A stretch of 63,578 nt of DNA, the filler included, from Octopus bimaculoides (lineage: Eukaryota): NCBI RefSeq assembly GCF_001194135.2. It is 8 parts of 8 records of this genome, joined end to end, with 100 filler letters (N's around TTAATTAATTAA, not from the genome) between each part and the next. Parts side by side here need not be neighbours in the genome. Positions count along the whole stretch, not along the records: positions 61,982 to 63,578 come from NC_068991.1; 7 more parts are not named here. The stretch is one strand, 5' to 3'. The notes under the pieces were generated by a model. It did no database searches. It was not told the origin of the DNA and worked only from the letters and a program-made list of their open reading frames with translations. Every line of letters starts with the position of its first letter. Position 1 is the stretch's first letter. Below are positions 62,666 through 63,578 of this stretch, one piece after another. A program made the translations under genes and the position numbers.

Positions 62666-63119
62666 GGATTTAGAAACTCGACTGTTAAAAGCTATTTAAA
62701 AAAATACAAAAAATACAACAAATANNNNNNNNNNATACATATATATTTATGTATATATGTGCGTGCCTTTGTTTGTGTATACGTGTGTTTGTGCGTGTGT
62801 GTGCGTGTGAGTGTCTGTGTGTGTTTTTGTCTGTATGCATATATATATATGAGTGAGTATATATACGCAAAATCATGTAGAAGAAACAAAGAGAAATGTA
62901 GAAATCAAATATATTTGTGGCCTATTGGATAACGTGTTGCCCTCGTGATCATAAGTTTGTAGGTTCGATTCTTGGTATTATATTATTGGTTTAAGTTTAT
63001 GGACTACTATGATGCATTTTGTGTTGGTGTTTTACGAGGGTTTCTGTTTTATGTCCAATTCTTTGAAGGGTTTTCCATCTTTGGTTCAAGCATTCTCTTG
63101 TTTAATTCTATGCATTTCT

Positions 63120-63500
63120 CACACTTTCTTTTATTCTTTTATTTCTTTCAGCCATTTGATTGCGGTCATACTGGAGCACCGCCTTGAAGGATTTTTAGTC
63201 GAAAAAATCTACACCAGGACATATTCTTCGTAAGCTAAGTACTTATTCTATGGGTTCTTTTGCCGAACCGCTAGTTAACGGAGACGTGTACTCACCAACA
63301 TCGGTTGTCAACTGATGGTGGTGGACAGACACAAAGACACACTCACTTAGATATATACACATAAATATACGACGGGCTTCTTTCAGTTTCCGTCTACCAA
63401 AATCCACTCACAAGGCCCGAAGCTATAGTAGAAGACACTTGCCCAAGGTGTCACGCAATGGGACTGAACCTGGAATCATGTGGTTATGAAGCAAGTGCCT
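63120..63500 (-). mobile_element. SINE family B, near full length
   Basis: Tail, spacer and head motifs as in the other copies. Confidence 0.85.
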
Positions 63501-63578
63501 TATCTTTCATTTCTTACGACTACATATACATACATACATACATACATGCATACATATAAATATATATATATATATATA

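Overview
Eukaryotic, repeat-dominated draft-assembly window. The SINE families, microsatellite load and assembly style suggest an octopus genome (inference). There is no complete host gene. One well-formed coding exon of a SPRYD3-like gene lies at 15357-15444 (+), and possible decayed GPR107/108-like exons lie at about 22.8-23.3 kb. The rest is transposon debris: tRNA-derived SINEs, Penelope-like elements with hammerhead-ribozyme remnants, mariner/Tigger/maT DNA transposons and MITEs, a Gypsy LTR element with a SINE inserted in its RNase H, a Helentron/HINE-like element, several R4/Dong-type RLE retrotransposons sitting in (TAA)n tracts, two head-to-tail Tx1/L1-like LINEs, and a CR1-clade fragment. 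The most unusual items are four: a stand-alone tRNA-like Pol III cassette in a ~312-bp repeat nested inside a SINE; a degenerate type I hammerhead ribozyme in a Penelope pseudo-LTR; a ~280-nt fold-back hairpin; and a Helentron-like element whose ends bracket unrelated sequence. Seven N44-TTAATTAATTAA-N44 linkers look like artificial contig joins, so adjacency across them is not reliable. No CRISPR or prokaryotic system is present. All family assignments come from motif recognition by eye and were not confirmed by database search. Element boundaries are approximate unless a TIR, TSD or splice site is quoted.
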